DNA of 64,000 nt from a bacterium (GTDB taxonomy: Bacteria > Patescibacteriota > Minisyncoccia > Phycocordibacterales > CAIZIN01). Each line of letters starts with the position of its first letter. Position 1 is the first letter of the stretch. The notes under the pieces are model-generated. The model had not been told where the DNA came from and did no database searches. It saw only the letters and a list, made by a program, of their open reading frames with translations. A program made the translations under genes and the position numbers. Below, piece after piece: positions 1 to 9,003 of this stretch. The stretch lies in NCBI GenBank assembly GCA_031409775.1, contig JANNXY010000042.1, positions 165-64,164 of the forward strand, given 5' to 3'.

Positions 1-17
1 TCGGAGGGTTTTTAAAT

Positions 18-290
18 TTAATTCTTTACTTCAATTAGACTTTCAATCTCATCATATTTTGCCCGAAGAACCGCTTGTTCATCGAAATCTGGGGTTCTTC
101 CTGTATTTGAAAATTCATGGGTCATATCATGTAGCTCAGTAAGCTTGGCGGATGCTGCTTCGTAGTTGGCTGGACCTATTTGGCCTCGCAACTGAAATAA
201 ATTATCCAAATTAACCCCTACTTTGTTAAGAAAATTACTAAACCATTTTTTTCCTTCCTCATTTTCTTTTATTGGATCACCTTCACTCAT
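18..290 (-). CDS. hypothetical protein (90 aa)
   Basis: ORF co-oriented with and directly downstream of the large membrane protein gene; no recognisable motif. Confidence 0.6.
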   Translation of the reverse strand: MSEGDPIKENEEGKKWFSNFLNKVGVNLDNLFQLRGQIGPANYEAASAKLTELHDMTHEFSNTGRTPDFDEQAVLRAKYDEIESLIEVKN

Positions 291-305
291 TTTTGTATAT
301 TAATT

Positions 306-3140
306 TTAATTGTTAGAAATTATATCATTATTTTCTGGTTTTGGCTTGTTTTGTCTGATTATATAGGCAAACATTAGCCCAAACAGTATTACAACGAGTC
401 CCAACCCTCCCCACACGATCCATGGATATTTCTCTGTTATACGGCTCTCGTCTGGATCACATTTGTCCCCCACTTTGTCTAGATCGATATCACTCTGGTT
501 CTGGTTCGGCTCGTTTACACAGTTGTCTGTGCTGTTCACTACTCCATCACGATCGAAGTCATCGCAGGCATCCCCACGGCCGTTCTGATCTACATCACTC
601 TGATCAGTGTTGGCGATACGAACACAGTTATCCTGCATATCAGGGATGTTGTCCTTGTCAGTATCTGCAGGTTTATAGTCTGAATTCTGAACTATTTTTC
701 CTATAGATGCTTTCACCACGCCCTTGTCATCTCTCAGATTTGGCATCTCGCCGGTATTCAATGCCACAAATGATTCTGGGTCGCTATAAATGCGGTAACC
801 CACTCCTGGTTGAGCTAGAAACCGAACTGCAGAGTATGACTTTACTGTATCGAGATTTATTATCGTTAACTCATTGATTCGCAAGGGCTGTGAATATTCC
901 ATCTGAATAGTCCAGTTTGATGAATTGGTTTCTGGAAATTGTATAGTGTTCGAATTAGGTCGGATTCTGGAGAGGATTACTTTCTCATTTCCATTTGTAT
1001 CAAATGCCCTTACGGTAATAGAGGTAGGCAAAGCTACGTACTGATCAAAAGAAAAAACAATCGAATTGCTTCGAATAGATTTAGGGTACCGGAGAGAAAG
1101 AGAAACGGAACCCTGTGAACCATCTGCGGGCAAATCAAATGTTCGAGAGGTTTCGTAGTCATCGTCAGAAAGTTCATCAGAATTACTTGGGGTCATTTTC
1201 GTACTCGAATCTCCAACAATCAAACTCGGAATAAATTTATTTGATCCTGGTACGAAAACTCCAACTAGAGAGCGCGAATTATTATGTATAGGAACTTCTA
1301 CAACAGTCGGGACTTTAATCTCTGGGATGATTACACTTCCCACATTTCTAAATGATCCTACTTGAGCTGCCTGAGCTATGGTCATAGCACTTACTACATT
1401 CCCACCCAGTAAAGGAATTACCAAAAGTAAAACTAGCGCCGCAGGCTTACTTTTCTTTATAAAAGCAGTACTGATAAAGAGGATCCCAATAACGATAAAT
1501 GTCACAATGCGCGGTGCGAGATCCATATGCCACACATCTACGAATACAAGCCTAGCGACCACCAGTATAAGTATTGTTGCGCCATAGTGCTTGAAATTGA
1601 TCACATTACTCATAAGCCCATAAACATATGCAGCCAGTCCGATAATACTGTACACCAGCAATGATCCAAATGTCGCGGTACTTTCTAGAGTATTCCCTGC
1701 ATGGAAGCACAGCCACACAAGTGACAACAGATACACGGAACCTACTACATTGAGCGCAGTGTGGCCGTAGAGATGTGCAATACCTTTGTCTGCATCTTCT
1801 TTGTGAGACGAATAATAAAATACTCCGAGGAACATAAATGTAAGTCCCACCGCGAGAATGACAGAGAAATCCTCGTGCAATATATATGTGTTCCATTTAT
1901 TTGATAGAAAGCTTGGCAATGCCATGAGAGCCGGCACCGCCATAAGCCACGCCATCGCGTAGCCTGCAGAAATTTTCTTGGTAACCAAATAGCTTGCAAT
2001 AGATATTGCAGCCGCTTCGAATGTAAATGCGAGCACAAGCGATGGCCCATCGAGCTCTATGGACGTCGCTACCGCGAGGAATACCACTGATACGAGAGAA
2101 TATACGTAGAACAATTTCTCTTTGCCGGTCTTTACATATACGAAGAAGCTCCCTGCTGCAAATACCACCATCCACACTGCGAGCACCATACTCTGCAACT
2201 CCTCACGTACTATGGTCATGGTAGTAAGCATGATGAGTATTGAATTTATAATTGCCACAAATACATCAGACGGACTCGCTCCAGACTTAGACCGAACAAG
2301 TCCTATAATGCTCACTGCGAAATACAGTACAGATAGCACAAAAATAATGCCCAGTATAAAAAGATTATCTCGAGCTTCGAATCTGTCAAAGACATTCCAC
2401 ATACTATAGAATAATATTCCGAGAACAGAAACAGCATTTACCACCCTCCAATTCTTCATAGCTGCGACCCAGACAGACCCCACAGTGATCACGAGCAGAT
2501 AGACATAGAGCAGATCGATGTCCACGCGACTATCAGTGAGTATCGGCGCGATGAAGCCTATGAGTACAGAATAAATCGCAAGCCTTCTCATATCGAACAT
2601 CACCGCCACAAAGCCCAGGTATACTGCGACGATAAATGGTATTGATAGAGCTACTGCAGGAGTAAAGAATCCATAGACCACCTGCGATGCGTAGCTAGTT
2701 ATGACCACGAGAGCCGAACCAAGTACGAGGAGCATTGTTCCCTGCACGCTGTTTGATTGCATACGCAAGGTTCCCCACACAGCGATGATCGATCCCACGA
2801 TGAGCCCGAGCGCCACGCGAGCATGGGGACCTATCCAATTGTGCACGAATGCATAACTTATAAACCAGCCGAATCCAACGAGGATCATTAGTACACCGAC
2901 CTTGAGCAGCCAGTTCTCGCTAAACCATTTAAAGAATTTGTCCAGTGGATCCGGTCCGGATGGCGGAGGCATCACGTACGCGGGTTGTGCAGGAGCGGAA
3001 ACTGGATTATAAGCAACTACGGGTGCCACCCTCTCAACTGACTTGTGCCCGATCTGTGCTTCGAGGTTCGACACGCGGCTAGATAGACTAACTAGCTTGA
3101 TAATCACCACCACGAGCGCTACAAATAGTATAAATGACAT
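306..3140 (-). CDS. DUF2339-like multi-pass membrane protein fused to an extracellular region with thrombospondin type-3 (Ca-binding) repeats and a C-terminal TM anchor
   Basis: N-terminal 'ENWLLKVGVLMILVGFGWFISYAFVHNWIGP..RV' and many TM helices; repeats DTDKDNIPDMQDNC, DVDQNGRGDACD, DFDRDGVVNSTDNC, DIDLDKVGDKCD. Confidence 0.8.
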   Translation of the reverse strand: MSFILFVALVVVIIKLVSLSSRVSNLEAQIGHKSVERVAPVVAYNPVSAPAQPAYVMPPPSGPDPLDKFFKWFSENWLLKVGVLMILVGFGWFISYAFVHNWIGPHARVALGLIVGSIIAVWGTLRMQSNSVQGTMLLVLGSALVVITSYASQVVYGFFTPAVALSIPFIVAVYLGFVAVMFDMRRLAIYSVLIGFIAPILTDSRVDIDLLYVYLLVITVGSVWVAAMKNWRVVNAVSVLGILFYSMWNVFDRFEARDNLFILGIIFVLSVLYFAVSIIGLVRSKSGASPSDVFVAIINSILIMLTTMTIVREELQSMVLAVWMVVFAAGSFFVYVKTGKEKLFYVYSLVSVVFLAVATSIELDGPSLVLAFTFEAAAISIASYLVTKKISAGYAMAWLMAVPALMALPSFLSNKWNTYILHEDFSVILAVGLTFMFLGVFYYSSHKEDADKGIAHLYGHTALNVVGSVYLLSLVWLCFHAGNTLESTATFGSLLVYSIIGLAAYVYGLMSNVINFKHYGATILILVVARLVFVDVWHMDLAPRIVTFIVIGILFISTAFIKKSKPAALVLLLVIPLLGGNVVSAMTIAQAAQVGSFRNVGSVIIPEIKVPTVVEVPIHNNSRSLVGVFVPGSNKFIPSLIVGDSSTKMTPSNSDELSDDDYETSRTFDLPADGSQGSVSLSLRYPKSIRSNSIVFSFDQYVALPTSITVRAFDTNGNEKVILSRIRPNSNTIQFPETNSSNWTIQMEYSQPLRINELTIINLDTVKSYSAVRFLAQPGVGYRIYSDPESFVALNTGEMPNLRDDKGVVKASIGKIVQNSDYKPADTDKDNIPDMQDNCVRIANTDQSDVDQNGRGDACDDFDRDGVVNSTDNCVNEPNQNQSDIDLDKVGDKCDPDESRITEKYPWIVWGGLGLVVILFGLMFAYIIRQNKPKPENNDIISNN

Positions 3141-3178
3141 AATTTATGAATTAATAATTATGTCTATATATTACCATG

Positions 3179-4960
3179 TTATGACAATTTCTCTAGCCTA
3201 GCTATATCTTCCTCGATAGATTTGAGCCCCGCTTCAAAGAATTCCGGCTTAGAGGTATCGACGCCGATGTCCTTAAATATCTGATACGGTGATTTGGAAC
3301 CACCAGCAGACAAGAACTCTTTTATCTTGTTTATGAAACCCTTGTCTTCTTTGTACTTGGCATAGAGCGCTTTGGAAATTATCTGACCATAAGCGTAGGA
3401 GTAGACGTAGAAGAAATATCTAAAGTGAGAAACGTAGACAAATGAATATCCCTCGTCTGGCTTCACATCCATCGCTTTACCTATGTAGCTCTCGATATGC
3501 TTCTTGTATAAGTCGGCGTACTCCCTGCTCGAAAGTGCCCCTTTTTGCCTCACCAAGTTGTGCATTTCGAGCTCGAAGTTAAAGAAAGCGATCTGGCGGA
3601 ATATGGTAGACATGTCATCCTGGATACGATCGAACAGGGCTATTTTCTTTTCTTTCTCTGACATCATTTCAAACACTTTCTCGAATGCAATGTTCTCGAA
3701 GAATGTTGAAGCAACTTCGGCAACAGAAATAGTATAGTTTTCATACAACACCGGCTGGCTACGAGAAAGTTCCGAATGTATCGCATGTCCCATCTCGTGA
3801 GCTAGAGTAGTATATGAGTTCAAGTTGTCCGTGTGATTGAGGAGAATTATGGTTGGTATATCGTGGCCGTTATTGCAAAATGCACCAGTTCTCTTGCCTT
3901 TCATAGGATAAACATCTATCCTCCCTGACTCTGCCATACTGAGTAGTATATTGCTGAATTTCACATCAGCACTAGCAAATGATTCTGCCGCCAAATCTAC
4001 CGCTTTGTTGAAAGGGATTTTCATCTTGGTCTTGCCTATACTTATCGAAGTGTCTGCTATGCGGAGCTTCTTTAGCTTGAGTAGCTTGGCTTTGAGTTTG
4101 TAGAACTTATGTGAAATGTAGAATTTATCAGTTATAGTATTGACCAAAGTCTCTATAGAATTCAAATCATTCTGGTAACCCACAACAGTTAGCTCATATG
4201 GTTTAGAGACATTGCGTAGATCATCGTCAATTTTCTTGTTGGTAACTACAGCGTTGAGCTCGGCTTCTGCAATAAATGAAATACTTTTTAGCTTCTGTGA
4301 TATCAGGTCACGAAGCTTGTAGCGGTCGGATTTGTTTAGCTCATTTATCATTCCTATCGCTTTACCCATCGGTAGCTTCTTGCCTTTCCATACTATCTGC
4401 TGCTGGTCCTGGAGCTTGCCTGAAACATCTGTCCACATGTTGTAGGCAGGCTGACGCTTGAGGTTGATGATCTTTTCTTCGGCTTCAGTTAAATTGTATT
4501 TGGCAGTAATAAAAATCCTTTCCAAGAAATATTTGTAACCTCCAAGAGTTTTATTAGTTAGAAATTCTTTTTGTTTATCTTTATCAATCTTACCAAGAGC
4601 AATTTCAAAGAAAATAATCTGGTTCGCAGCCATAGTTAGTCTGTTCTCCATCTTGTTTAACATCGCACGCATTGTGTCATTGTTACTATCCTTTTCTAAA
4701 AGCATCGACAGATACCAACCCGGCTTCCAAGTGCCTGCGGTTCTGTTTAGATTTTCCCAGTCTTCGAGTGCTTTGGCCAAACCTTCAGAAGTTTCTAGAT
4801 AATCAGATTTGTCTTTGTATTTCTTGGCAAACTTCCAGTAAACTTTCTCAATCATTTTGCAATCTTCTTCGATCCGAGGATCACTGATAGATTTGTAAAT
4901 ATCACTAAAATCCCATTCGGTCTTATACTTTGTATTTTTGCTGGTTTTTAAGTTTTTCAT
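3179..4960 (-). CDS. pepF: M3B-family oligoendopeptidase F
   Basis: TLAHEMGHAIH zinc motif, K-RTGAFC, AEVASTFFE, FYVYSYAYG. Confidence 0.9.
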   Translation of the reverse strand: MKNLKTSKNTKYKTEWDFSDIYKSISDPRIEEDCKMIEKVYWKFAKKYKDKSDYLETSEGLAKALEDWENLNRTAGTWKPGWYLSMLLEKDSNNDTMRAMLNKMENRLTMAANQIIFFEIALGKIDKDKQKEFLTNKTLGGYKYFLERIFITAKYNLTEAEEKIINLKRQPAYNMWTDVSGKLQDQQQIVWKGKKLPMGKAIGMINELNKSDRYKLRDLISQKLKSISFIAEAELNAVVTNKKIDDDLRNVSKPYELTVVGYQNDLNSIETLVNTITDKFYISHKFYKLKAKLLKLKKLRIADTSISIGKTKMKIPFNKAVDLAAESFASADVKFSNILLSMAESGRIDVYPMKGKRTGAFCNNGHDIPTIILLNHTDNLNSYTTLAHEMGHAIHSELSRSQPVLYENYTISVAEVASTFFENIAFEKVFEMMSEKEKKIALFDRIQDDMSTIFRQIAFFNFELEMHNLVRQKGALSSREYADLYKKHIESYIGKAMDVKPDEGYSFVYVSHFRYFFYVYSYAYGQIISKALYAKYKEDKGFINKIKEFLSAGGSKSPYQIFKDIGVDTSKPEFFEAGLKSIEEDIARLEKLS

Positions 4961-4969
4961 CTAGCCAAT

Positions 4970-5545
4970 CTAACATATATCCCGAAGGATACCAAAATCC
5001 TTTACCAAAGTATCTTTCAATTTCTGATTATAGATTGCGGCTGCGGGGTGGTAGAGCGGGATGATTTTTACTTTACCCCATTTAGAATCTGCGAGATATG
5101 ACTTGCCATGTGCAGCGGAAATTGGCTCGATCTCATAACTCAAGCCAAATTTATCCATAATATAATTCATAGAATAACGACCGAGAGTGGCGATGACTTT
5201 CGGCTTGATTATTTCTAATTCCTGATCTAGATGTGGTCCGTACAATCTGATTTCCTCGGGAGTTGGATCGCGGTTCTCTGGCGGGCGGTCGTTTACGATA
5301 TTGGTGATGTAGATATCATCTCGGCTTAGGTTTACCGACTCGAGCAATCCATCTAGAATCTTCCCTGCTGCACCACAGAAAGGTTTGCCAGATTTGGCCT
5401 CATTGCGGCCTGGAGCCTCCCCTACGAACACGATCTCAGCTGTGTGACTTCCCTCACCTACCACAGGTAAGTAGCCGTTTTCGGTGCGATATTTGTAGAG
5501 GGGTAGCTTTGTATTATTTATGAGTTCTTTGTAAATAGAGTCCAT
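4970..5545 (-). CDS. udg: uracil-DNA glycosylase, family 4 type
   Basis: VGEAPG..E...GKPFCGAAG, RPPENRDP, YHPAA motifs. Confidence 0.9.
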   Translation of the reverse strand: MDSIYKELINNTKLPLYKYRTENGYLPVVGEGSHTAEIVFVGEAPGRNEAKSGKPFCGAAGKILDGLLESVNLSRDDIYITNIVNDRPPENRDPTPEEIRLYGPHLDQELEIIKPKVIATLGRYSMNYIMDKFGLSYEIEPISAAHGKSYLADSKWGKVKIIPLYHPAAAIYNQKLKDTLVKDFGILRDIC

Positions 5546-5559
5546 GGGGAGATTATAAC

Positions 5560-5603
5560 ATCCCTCCTGCCTCAGAAGGCAGTGCTCCCTTCAAAGGGAG
5601 AAT
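5560..5603. repeat. solo double-hairpin (REP-like) element related to the DUF559-flanking repeats
   Basis: ATCCCTCC-TGCC(TCAGAA)GGCA-GTG-CTCCCT(TCAA)AGGGAG-AAT; same architecture as 28009-28083 and 39809-39858. Confidence 0.55.
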
Positions 5604-5740
5604 TATACTCGCAGCTTCCCCAAAACTACGTTTATAACTGCAGCTAGGAACAGGAGCACAGGTACCTCGTGATGGGTTACAAATATTTCTAAATAGTGCA
5701 AAGTATTATTTACAAAAGAAACAAGTGATGTATGTGTCAT
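5603..5740 (-). CDS. small 45-aa protein downstream of the SAM-I riboswitch (not in ORF track)
   Basis: ATG at 5740 to TAA at 5603: MTHTSLVSFVNNTLHYLEIFVTHHEVPVLLFLAAVINVVLGKLRV; hydrophobic C-terminal segment; starts about 8 nt after the riboswitch terminator. Confidence 0.5.
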   Translation of the reverse strand: MTHTSLVSFVNNTLHYLEIFVTHHEVPVLLFLAAVINVVLGKLRV

Positions 5741-5748
5741 ATGTACGC

Positions 5749-5782
5749 AAGAAAGCCTCTTCCGAAATAGAAAGAGGCTTTT
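5749..5782 (-). terminator. intrinsic terminator of the SAM-I expression platform
   Basis: minus strand AAAAGCCTCTTTC-TATTTC-GGAAGAGGCTTT followed by CTT. Confidence 0.8.
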
Positions 5783-5789
5783 AATGCTT

Positions 5790-5888
5790 GATTATCTTTC
5801 CACTTGGATGTGGACTAGAATTAGCACCTAACTCAATAGGTTGCTCACAGGTCGTTGGGCTAGTTCCCTCGCTGTAGTCTGGATATCG
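5790..5888 (-). ncRNA. SAM-I (S-box) riboswitch aptamer
   Basis: minus strand GATATCCAGA-CTACAG-CGAGGGAACTAGCCCAACGA-CCTGT-GA-GCAACCTA..TAGGTGC-TAATTCTAG-TCCAC..GTGGA-AAGATAATC: AUC/GAU P1, kink-turn GA..GA, GCAACC/GGUGC core, CUAG pseudoknot, P4. Confidence 0.9.
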
Positions 5889-5912
5889 TATGAGGCTTTC
5901 AATGCTTTGCTT

Positions 5913-5939
5913 ATTATACCACACTATGATAATGTGCAA
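5913..5939 (-). promoter_or_regulatory. putative sigma70 promoter for the riboswitch leader
   Basis: minus strand TTGCAC...TGG-TATAAT (extended -10) about 25 nt upstream of the aptamer. Confidence 0.55.
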
Positions 5940-5957
5940 GCAGAAAAACATCGACTT

Positions 5958-6284
5958 ATGCACCATAATACATTATTCCACTTTGGTGAAGCTGCAATTT
6001 CACATGCAGAATTATGTGCTGAAACACTTCTCAATGCCGATCCAGATAAAATGCTTCACAGTTTGGATAAGGATGGTTTCTACTACATGCTCTATGGAGA
6101 TGAACTTAAGTATTTGATAATCTTTAGCAGATTCTTTGATCCTGAAGCGAATTTTGTTACGCTGCGCGGTTGCCCTACTGGTCCTGGGAGACAAGCTGGT
6201 AGGGACGAGATAATGAGACATATTGGGTCAGCAAAGAGATTTGCTACGGAGGTACTGGAAAGATGCAAAGAGCTCAGAGCCTAG
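5958..6284 (+). CDS. orphan hypothetical protein (108 aa; likely start MHHNTL)
   Basis: ORF 5841..6284 overlaps the riboswitch upstream, so ATG 5958 is preferred; followed by hairpin AGAGCC..GGTTCT plus T-run. Confidence 0.55.
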   Translation: MHHNTLFHFGEAAISHAELCAETLLNADPDKMLHSLDKDGFYYMLYGDELKYLIIFSRFFDPEANFVTLRGCPTGPGRQAGRDEIMRHIGSAKRFATEVLERCKELRA

Positions 6285-6296
6285 AACAGGTTCTTT

Positions 6297-6566
6297 TTAA
6301 TTTATCGCACCTTCTTTGCGTAGTAATTCCTTCTTACTCTTGCCCTGCAAGCCATTGTACTCACCAATTTTGCCATCGCTTCGGATCACGCGGTGACAGG
6401 GCACAGATTTATCAGCATTTGCTGCCATGATAGTCCCTACTGCCCGAGATGCTCCGGGACTACCGGCCTTGGTAGCGACACCCTTGTAGGTCATGGTCAT
6501 CCCCTTTGGAATTTTCTTTACTATGCTTAAAACTTTTTCTTTAAATTTATTTTTTGCTTCTTTCAT
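6297..6566 (-). CDS. ogt: MGMT-family (O6-alkylguanine DNA alkyltransferase, C-terminal domain only)
   Basis: IPKG...TY..VA...GSPGASRAVG and active-site PCHRV. Confidence 0.9.
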   Translation of the reverse strand: MKEAKNKFKEKVLSIVKKIPKGMTMTYKGVATKAGSPGASRAVGTIMAANADKSVPCHRVIRSDGKIGEYNGLQGKSKKELLRKEGAIN

Positions 6567-6576
6567 TTATATATAT

Positions 6577-7413
6577 TTAGCATCCACAGAGATCCTTGAT
6601 GTCTTGCATAATCTGATCCTTCTTCTCTAGAAGCGACGGCATAGCGTGCAATATATCCTCGCGATCTTTGAGCGTGACACAGTCCACAATCTTCTGGGAA
6701 ATTATATACTGCTTCTCTGCTGTGGTAAGTGACGGCAGACATGTCACGGGGTGAATACCTGTCTCGATGATCATGTCATGCAGGTGACCCTTGGCTGGAT
6801 AGTTCCACCCGATCATGTTCACACCAGCGCAGGTGCCGTATTGGATGGCCTTCTCTGTAAATTTAGTATTGGTGATAAGCAATCCATCTGTCATCTGCTT
6901 CTGTCCATCAGGAGTTGTAACTTGTACATTGCGCAAGTCGTCGAAACGGGATTTGATATATAGAGCGACCTTGAGGTCGGATTTGGCACCCAGCTCGCTA
7001 TGGAATTTCACCTCGCCTAGGATAAGTGTCTGATCATTCCATGCCACTACATCTACCTCGTGATCAACGCACGTACCTTGGATAATTCTGCCAGTTTCTA
7101 CATTGTAACCCTTCTTGCGCAGTATTGCTGCGACGAACTGCTCGAATGGGAATCCCGTAGGACCGAACTCTGCGATAGATCGGCGGAGCGAGTAACGGAG
7201 TGCGGGAGTCCTACCAACCTTGTCATGGAGCAAGTCAAATGCTCTACGGTAAATAACATTGGTAGTTACAGGCTCTTTGATCCAAGCAGAAATTTCTTCC
7301 GATATTTCCTTTGCTGTTATAACAGATGCACCGGCTCGCTCTAGCGAGCTGCGTAGCTTCTGTGCGTCGAATTCTTCTTCGGTTCCGTCGGTTTTGAGTA
7401 TCAGGGGTTTCAT
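6577..7413 (-). CDS. ATP-cone domain plus PD-(D/E)XK restriction-endonuclease-like domain protein
   Basis: N-terminal ILKTDGTEEEFDAQKLRSSL (ATP cone); FEQFVA..L...GY, HEVDVVA...GEVKFH nuclease core. Confidence 0.8.
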   Translation of the reverse strand: MKPLILKTDGTEEEFDAQKLRSSLERAGASVITAKEISEEISAWIKEPVTTNVIYRRAFDLLHDKVGRTPALRYSLRRSIAEFGPTGFPFEQFVAAILRKKGYNVETGRIIQGTCVDHEVDVVAWNDQTLILGEVKFHSELGAKSDLKVALYIKSRFDDLRNVQVTTPDGQKQMTDGLLITNTKFTEKAIQYGTCAGVNMIGWNYPAKGHLHDMIIETGIHPVTCLPSLTTAEKQYIISQKIVDCVTLKDREDILHAMPSLLEKKDQIMQDIKDLCGC

Positions 7414-7424
7414 TGGGGGATTTG

Positions 7425-7904
7425 CTAGCCTTTGATATCGATCTCTACTTCATCTATATTCTTGTCTGCTGGTACCTCAAACAGATTCAGCTGGATTGGC
7501 TTGCTATTCATTAAACCCTGAATTGACATAGGGTTTCCACCGGTTGTTTCTACTTTGAATTTCCTGTTGGTGATAACTTGGCTGCAAATTTCTTCTTCGT
7601 TTCTAGATGTATCCAGTGTGATAGTTGCAGATGTCTCGGTGTCTTTGGATATTGCAGAGACTAGGCTATAGCAAGGTGTAGGGAGATCGAGTGATCCAGC
7701 GTATATATGCTTGCCGTCTTTGTATTGATGCTTCACATTGATCACAGATACATAGTAGTCGCTGCCTGGGATAGGTAGGTTGTCTACTACGTCGTTCTTG
7801 TTCCAGTTCATCGCAGAATATACTCCCGCCACTAGAAGTATTATGACCAGTAGTACTGCAATAATCTTGCCCATATTATTTGAATTTTGCATATTTTCGT
7901 CCAT
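7425..7904 (-). CDS. membrane-anchored hypothetical protein
   Basis: N-terminal TM helix; LPTPCY...C.QVIT cysteine pair. Confidence 0.7.
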   Translation of the reverse strand: MDENMQNSNNMGKIIAVLLVIILLVAGVYSAMNWNKNDVVDNLPIPGSDYYVSVINVKHQYKDGKHIYAGSLDLPTPCYSLVSAISKDTETSATITLDTSRNEEEICSQVITNRKFKVETTGGNPMSIQGLMNSKPIQLNLFEVPADKNIDEVEIDIKG

Positions 7905-7919
7905 ATAGTTTATATTAGT

Positions 7920-8996
7920 TTATAACAAATCTATTATACCACCACCTACACATTCCTCGCCATCATATATAACTAGCGACTGGCCAGAAGCGATGGTAGC
8001 TGGAAATCCTGATTTGCTATTTGCTTTCCAAATATTTCCATGATTTTCTAAATCAATTTCGATCAATTCTCCGTGATATCTGTACTGTGCAGTTAGATTG
8101 TGATTACTTGTCCACTTTTCTTTGTCTAGAATATTTACTTTGGATAAATTAATAATATGGTCTGTGTGATTTTCGTTAGACTGCTTGGTTCCCACTGTAA
8201 TAGTATTGTTATCGATATTTTTACTTAGTACATAAAGTGGTTTGTCATTATCTGTCTTCGCCTGTATCGTGAATCCATGTCGCTCTCCAATACTATAGAA
8301 AAACGCTCCGTCGTGGTATCCTATCACTTCGCCTTTAGTATTTAGAACATCTCCCCTTTTTTCCTTTATAAAGTTCTTTAGAAAATCTTTCATGTTTAAT
8401 TTACCTAGAAAGCACAATCCCTGACTATCCTTCTTGTCACTTGTAAATAATTTGAATTTCTTTGCGAGTTTTCTCACTTCGGCTTTCTCGAGCCCACCTA
8501 TCGGGAACTGGATATTATTTAAATCTTCTTTCTTTATTCCATACAAGAAATACGATTGCTCTTTGGCCTTGTCTTTGCTCTTGAACAATCTACCATTTAT
8601 CACCTGAGCATAGTGGCCTGTCGCTACATAGTTTGCACCGTTGGCCATCGCCCAATTATAAAATACGCCGAATTTCACATGAGTATTGCACATCACATCT
8701 GGGTTCGGGATTCTACCTACGCGGTATTCTGCGATCATATAGTCCACAACCTCTTTCTTGTACGCTTCCACAGCATCGCAATCTCGGAAAGGTATGCCGA
8801 GCTGTGCACAGATTCGCATCGCGTCTCTCCTATCGTCACGGCTCGTGCATTCCATAAATGGTGGCTGCCAGACGTTGATAAACACTCCAGTCACATCGTA
8901 TCCAGCATCTACTAGCATCGCTGCCGCCACCGACGAGTCTACCCCGCCCGATATGCCTACAAAAACTTTTTTACCTTTTCCATTTTCAACTTTCAT
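7920..8996 (-). CDS. mnmA: tRNA 2-thiouridylase MnmA
   Basis: SGGVDSSV, PNPDVMCN, ATGHYA, DSQGLCF. Confidence 0.96.
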   Translation of the reverse strand: MKVENGKGKKVFVGISGGVDSSVAAAMLVDAGYDVTGVFINVWQPPFMECTSRDDRRDAMRICAQLGIPFRDCDAVEAYKKEVVDYMIAEYRVGRIPNPDVMCNTHVKFGVFYNWAMANGANYVATGHYAQVINGRLFKSKDKAKEQSYFLYGIKKEDLNNIQFPIGGLEKAEVRKLAKKFKLFTSDKKDSQGLCFLGKLNMKDFLKNFIKEKRGDVLNTKGEVIGYHDGAFFYSIGERHGFTIQAKTDNDKPLYVLSKNIDNNTITVGTKQSNENHTDHIINLSKVNILDKEKWTSNHNLTAQYRYHGELIEIDLENHGNIWKANSKSGFPATIASGQSLVIYDGEECVGGGIIDLL

Positions 8997-9003
8997 TTTA
9001 ACT

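Noticed and set aside
5781-5966. 61-aa minus-strand ORF and the N-terminal extension of 5841..6284
   Set aside because: Both overlap the SAM-I aptamer and promoter; better explained as non-coding
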